Source: Thermoplasmata archaeon
GTDB taxonomy: Archaea; Thermoplasmatota; Thermoplasmata; UBA10834
Length of the DNA: 64,000 nucleotides
Direction: 5' to 3'
Assembly (NCBI GenBank): GCA_029864565.1
Contig: JAOTTD010000008.1
Coordinates: 3,857 to 67,856, forward strand
Both the position numbers and the translations under genes were made by a program. Numbering within the stretch: the stretch's first letter is position 1; each line of letters opens with the position of its first letter. Positions 61,346 to 64,000 of this stretch are shown piece by piece. The notes under the pieces are model-generated. The model saw only the letters and a list, made by a program, of their open reading frames with translations. It was not told the DNA's origin and did not search any database.

Positions 61346-62164
61346 ATGGCTCAGAAGGCTAGGGTAACGACGAAGAAGGTCAAGGATCGTTGGCGCGCAA
61401 AGGAGTGGTACAAGGTGTACGCGCCCGACATGTTCAGCCGGATGCAGCTGGGCGAGACTCCTGCTGACTCCCCTGGTGCTGTCATGGGGAGGATAACGGA
61501 GGCCACAGTTCAGGATCTCACCGGCGACTTCTCAAAGATGCACATCAAACTGAAGTTCAAGGTGTACGACATCAGAGGCCTGGACGCTCACACTACATTC
61601 GTGGGTCACGACCTGACCAGCGACTACATCCGAAGGCTGACCAGGCGGAAGCGCACGAAGACCGACACAGTCGTCAAAGTCGTCACCAAGGACGGCTGGA
61701 CCATGGCCATCAAACCAATGGCCGTCTCGGAGCAGAGAATACAGGCGTCCCAGGAGACCGCCGTCAGGCGCATAATGGACGAGGAGATCAGGAAGGCAGC
61801 CGCCGAATCGACGATAGGCGAGTTCGTGAGGAAGCTGATAATGGGCGAACTCTCGAGGGCGGTTTCCGACGCATCCAGGAAGATAGTCCCGATAAAGAGG
61901 ATTGAGGTTCGCAAGAGCGAGGTCCTTGCCATCGGAAGGATGCCGGTCCCCGGTGAGGAGACCCCGATCAACGCCCCTGAACCGAAGGAGGAGGAGCCGG
62001 CCGAGCCCGAGTCTTCCGCAGAGGAGAAGCCGGTTGAGGGCGAGACAAATGGCGCCCCCGCCGTGAAAGGCAAGGAAGCCCCAGCAGAGGCGGAGGACGA
62101 GGCGTCCAAGCCGGGTGAAGGGGCTGATGAGGCCTCAGAGTCAGAGGGCGAGGGAAAGCGGTAG
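61346..62164 (+). CDS. rps3ae: 30S ribosomal protein S3Ae (eS1) with a ~70-aa acidic Pro/Glu/Ala-rich C-terminal extension
   Basis: KKVKDRWRAKEWYKVYAP.MF...DLTGDFSKMHIKLKFKV is the eS1 core. The tail is PVPGEETPINAPEPKEEEPAEPESSAEEKP...EASESEGEGKR. SD GAGGT and TATA TTTTAATAT lie upstream. Confidence 0.88.
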   Translation: MAQKARVTTKKVKDRWRAKEWYKVYAPDMFSRMQLGETPADSPGAVMGRITEATVQDLTGDFSKMHIKLKFKVYDIRGLDAHTTFVGHDLTSDYIRRLTRRKRTKTDTVVKVVTKDGWTMAIKPMAVSEQRIQASQETAVRRIMDEEIRKAAAESTIGEFVRKLIMGELSRAVSDASRKIVPIKRIEVRKSEVLAIGRMPVPGEETPINAPEPKEEEPAEPESSAEEKPVEGETNGAPAVKGKEAPAEAEDEASKPGEGADEASESEGEGKR

Positions 62165-62206
62165 GCGCATTTCACTGCTTCGTCAAACGCTCTTTATGCA
62201 CAACAA

Positions 62207-62314
62207 GTCGGGGTGGCTCAGCCTGGTGGAGCGTCGGACTCATAGGGAGTTCTTCTGACCAGATGCTCCTCGGACATCCGAAGGTCACGGGTTCGAACCC
62301 CGTCCCCGACACCA
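62207..62314 (+). tRNA. tRNA with anticodon CAT (elongator Met, or Ile2 if C34 is modified) and a ~31-nt intron after position 37; CCA encoded
   Basis: GTCGGGGTGGCTCAGCCTGGTGGAGCGTCGGACTCATA[GGGAGTTCTTCTGACCAGATGCTCCTCGGAC]ATCCGAAGGTCACGGGTTCGAACCCCGTCCCCGACACCA. G1-C72, so it is not an initiator. Confidence 0.85.
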
Positions 62315-62358
62315 TTATCGATGGACAGTGTGTTCACGGTCCTCCGAGTAGGGTTTGC

Positions 62359-63603
62359 ATGAGGGTCATCATCTACACGGGCAAAGGCGGCGTGGGCAAG
62401 ACTTCCGTCGCCGCGGCGACCGCACTCAGATCCGCCAGGCATGGGCATCGTACGGTCATAATCAGCACCGACTCAGCACATAGCCTGTCGGATTCGCTCG
62501 AGACGTCGCTAAGCGGCTCGCTGCAGAGCATATCCGAGAACCTCGACGGCATCGAGGTGGATATGCAGCTCGAGCTGGAAACTCGCTGGAAGGAGATACA
62601 GACCTATTTCTCCGACTTCCTCGCCTCCCAAGGAATGGATGGAGTGACCGCCAAGGAGATGGCAGTCTTCCCCGGGATGGAGCTCATGTCGGCCCTGTTC
62701 TATGTCGAGGAGTTCCACAAGACGGATGCTTACGATGTCGTGATCATGGATACCGCCCCGACTGCGGACACGTTGCGCCTCCTTGCGTTCCCGGACATCG
62801 CCAACTGGTATTTCGACCATCTGTTCCACATGGTCAAGAACGTCATAAGGATCGCGAGGGTCACGGTGGGAAAGCTGATGACGGCCCCCATACCGTCCGA
62901 GCAGTTCCTTGACGACCTCGAGAGCATCAGAGAGAGGCTTGTGTATGTCCGCGACCTGTTGACGGATCCAGAGATCACATCCATCAGACTCGTCCTCAAT
63001 CCAGAGAAGATGGTCATCACGGAGACGCAGAGAGCGTACACGTACCTCTGTATGTACGGGTACACGGTCGAGAGCATGGTGATAAACCGGGTCGTGCCTG
63101 AGGACCTACATGAGGAGTACTTCAGAGACAAGCTGGACGAGCAGCGGATCCACATGAAGACGATCGACGAGATATTCTCCCCGCTGCGTATGATGCGCGC
63201 CCACCAGATGCCCAGGGAGGTATTGGGCAAGGATGCCTTGGAACAGCTTGCGGACGAGGTCTTCGGCGATGAGGACCCCACGGCCACCTATTCCCTGGAA
63301 TCGCCCATGAAAGTCTTCGAGAAGGGCGAGAGAGTCGTCATGGCAATCAAGCTGCCGTTCTTAATGGACCAGAAACTAGAGCTATATACGCGGAAGGATG
63401 TTTTGACGTTGCAGCTGGGGGCTTACAAGAAGTCAATCAGCCTACCCTACGCGTTGGCAGGCAAGCCGGTGCTTAGCGCCGAAGTGGAGGGCAGCTGGCT
63501 CAATATAGAGTTCGAGGGTGAGAAAGTTGGCAAGGGAAAAGGTCGAAAGCGGCGTAGAAGCGGCAAGAAGGCTCGAAAGACACCTCGAAGAGATAGCGAC
63601 TAA
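62359..63603 (+). CDS. ArsA/Get3-family ATPase with C-terminal HSP20-like domain and basic tail
   Basis: ATG 62359. P-loop YTGKGGVGKTSVAAA, DTAPTADTLRLL signature, a C-terminal beta-sandwich-like VVMAIKLPF...LTLQLGAYKKSISLP...WLNIEFEG, then KGKGRKRRRSGKKARK. Confidence 0.8.
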   Translation: MRVIIYTGKGGVGKTSVAAATALRSARHGHRTVIISTDSAHSLSDSLETSLSGSLQSISENLDGIEVDMQLELETRWKEIQTYFSDFLASQGMDGVTAKEMAVFPGMELMSALFYVEEFHKTDAYDVVIMDTAPTADTLRLLAFPDIANWYFDHLFHMVKNVIRIARVTVGKLMTAPIPSEQFLDDLESIRERLVYVRDLLTDPEITSIRLVLNPEKMVITETQRAYTYLCMYGYTVESMVINRVVPEDLHEEYFRDKLDEQRIHMKTIDEIFSPLRMMRAHQMPREVLGKDALEQLADEVFGDEDPTATYSLESPMKVFEKGERVVMAIKLPFLMDQKLELYTRKDVLTLQLGAYKKSISLPYALAGKPVLSAEVEGSWLNIEFEGEKVGKGKGRKRRRSGKKARKTPRRDSD

Positions 63604-63604
63604 G

Positions 63605-63850
63605 ATGGCGAGCAAGGAGACGATGACCCACTTCGTCAGTGCGGGCATGGAGATCGTCCAGGCGGCCAACGCGGCAATGGCCCAACTCGAGATGCCGGAG
63701 GAGACCAAGAGGCGCATACACAACGCTGAGCGCGAGGTCCTCCTGGCCACTAGGGGCATGATTGACGCGGTTCTTGCGGAGATCGAGAAGGAGATGCCCA
63801 AGGACGCGGGGGAGCTGAAGAAGGTGCCAATCAAGCGAAAATCGGACTAG
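63605..63850 (+). CDS. small helical hypothetical protein (81 aa)
   Basis: The ATG lies 1 nt after the ArsA-like stop. Sequence MASKETMTHFVSAGMEIVQAANAAM...AEIEKEM. No family recognised. Confidence 0.35.
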   Translation: MASKETMTHFVSAGMEIVQAANAAMAQLEMPEETKRRIHNAEREVLLATRGMIDAVLAEIEKEMPKDAGELKKVPIKRKSD

Positions 63851-63941
63851 GCATCCGAGATGGGCAGGCTGTCAAGAATAGGACTTTATTACGTGTTCGC
63901 CATTGCACACTCAATTCAGTCTCAGCGAGGAGGTAACGAAT

Positions 63942-64000
63942 ATGGTGAAGATGTTGGTCCCTTATCCCGACAATTGCACGGGATGCAGGTTCTGCGAGAT
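63942..64000 (+). CDS. 4Fe-4S cluster protein, 3' end cut by window edge
   Basis: GAGGAGGT SD, then ATG. MVKMLVPYPDNCTGCRFCE begins a CxxCxxC ferredoxin-type motif. Confidence 0.5.
   Translation, partial: MVKMLVPYPDNCTGCRFCE

Noticed and set aside
62263-62358. ORF-track start of the ArsA-like gene inside the tRNA(CAT)
   Set aside because: The first 32 codons translate the tRNA 3' half. The P-loop protein begins naturally at ATG 62359 (MRVIIYTGKGGVGKT).
1-64000. CRISPR arrays, rRNA genes, transposases/integrases, prophage or island boundaries at the three tRNAs
   Set aside because: I found no spaced direct-repeat arrays, no rRNA-like stretches, and no integrase or transposase motifs in any frame. 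The tRNA flanks show no duplicated 3' tRNA fragments. The only nucleotide-level repeat I found is the 33-bp duplication at 25278.

Overview
GC-rich archaeal chromosomal segment. Archaea-specific markers are r-proteins L18e and S3Ae, RpoN, aRF1, DtdA, PurP, archaeal-type PheS and TrpRS, two tRNAs with introns at the canonical position, TTTATATA-type TATA boxes, and GGAGGTGATC-like Shine-Dalgarno sites. The gene content includes many surface proteins with a signal peptide and a C-terminal TM anchor carrying PKD/CARDB modules, a peptide ABC importer, M20 and M29 peptidases, two uninterrupted MttB-family genes and bacterial-type MutS/MutL. This looks like a Thermoplasmatota-type euryarchaeon, but taxonomy cannot be proven from this window. 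I support about 60 protein genes and 3 tRNAs. I saw no rRNA, CRISPR array, transposase or integrase. Most ORF-track entries antisense to these genes are shadow ORFs typical of high-GC DNA. The top finding is a compact minus-strand cassette at 5172..7474. It encodes an E1-like adenylase, an 82-aa beta-grasp protein ending exactly in Gly-Gly, a UBC-fold E2 and an Rpn11/CSN5-like JAMM protease. That makes a complete ubiquitin-type conjugation/deconjugation set with no recognisable E3, possibly coupled to an M29 aminopeptidase. Further leads: a Rab/Ras-like small GTPase operon with a V4R-DUF835 protein and a zinc-ribbon protein (46073..47993); two genes whose conserved N-termini can only be reached from in-frame CTG codons behind SD-like sites; a 1309-aa substrate-binding-protein/PKD fusion with permeases but no ATPases; orphan MttB paralogs; a perfect 33-bp tandem repeat in the tail of a giant surface protein; and a two-gene unit of unknown function ending in a GNAT domain.
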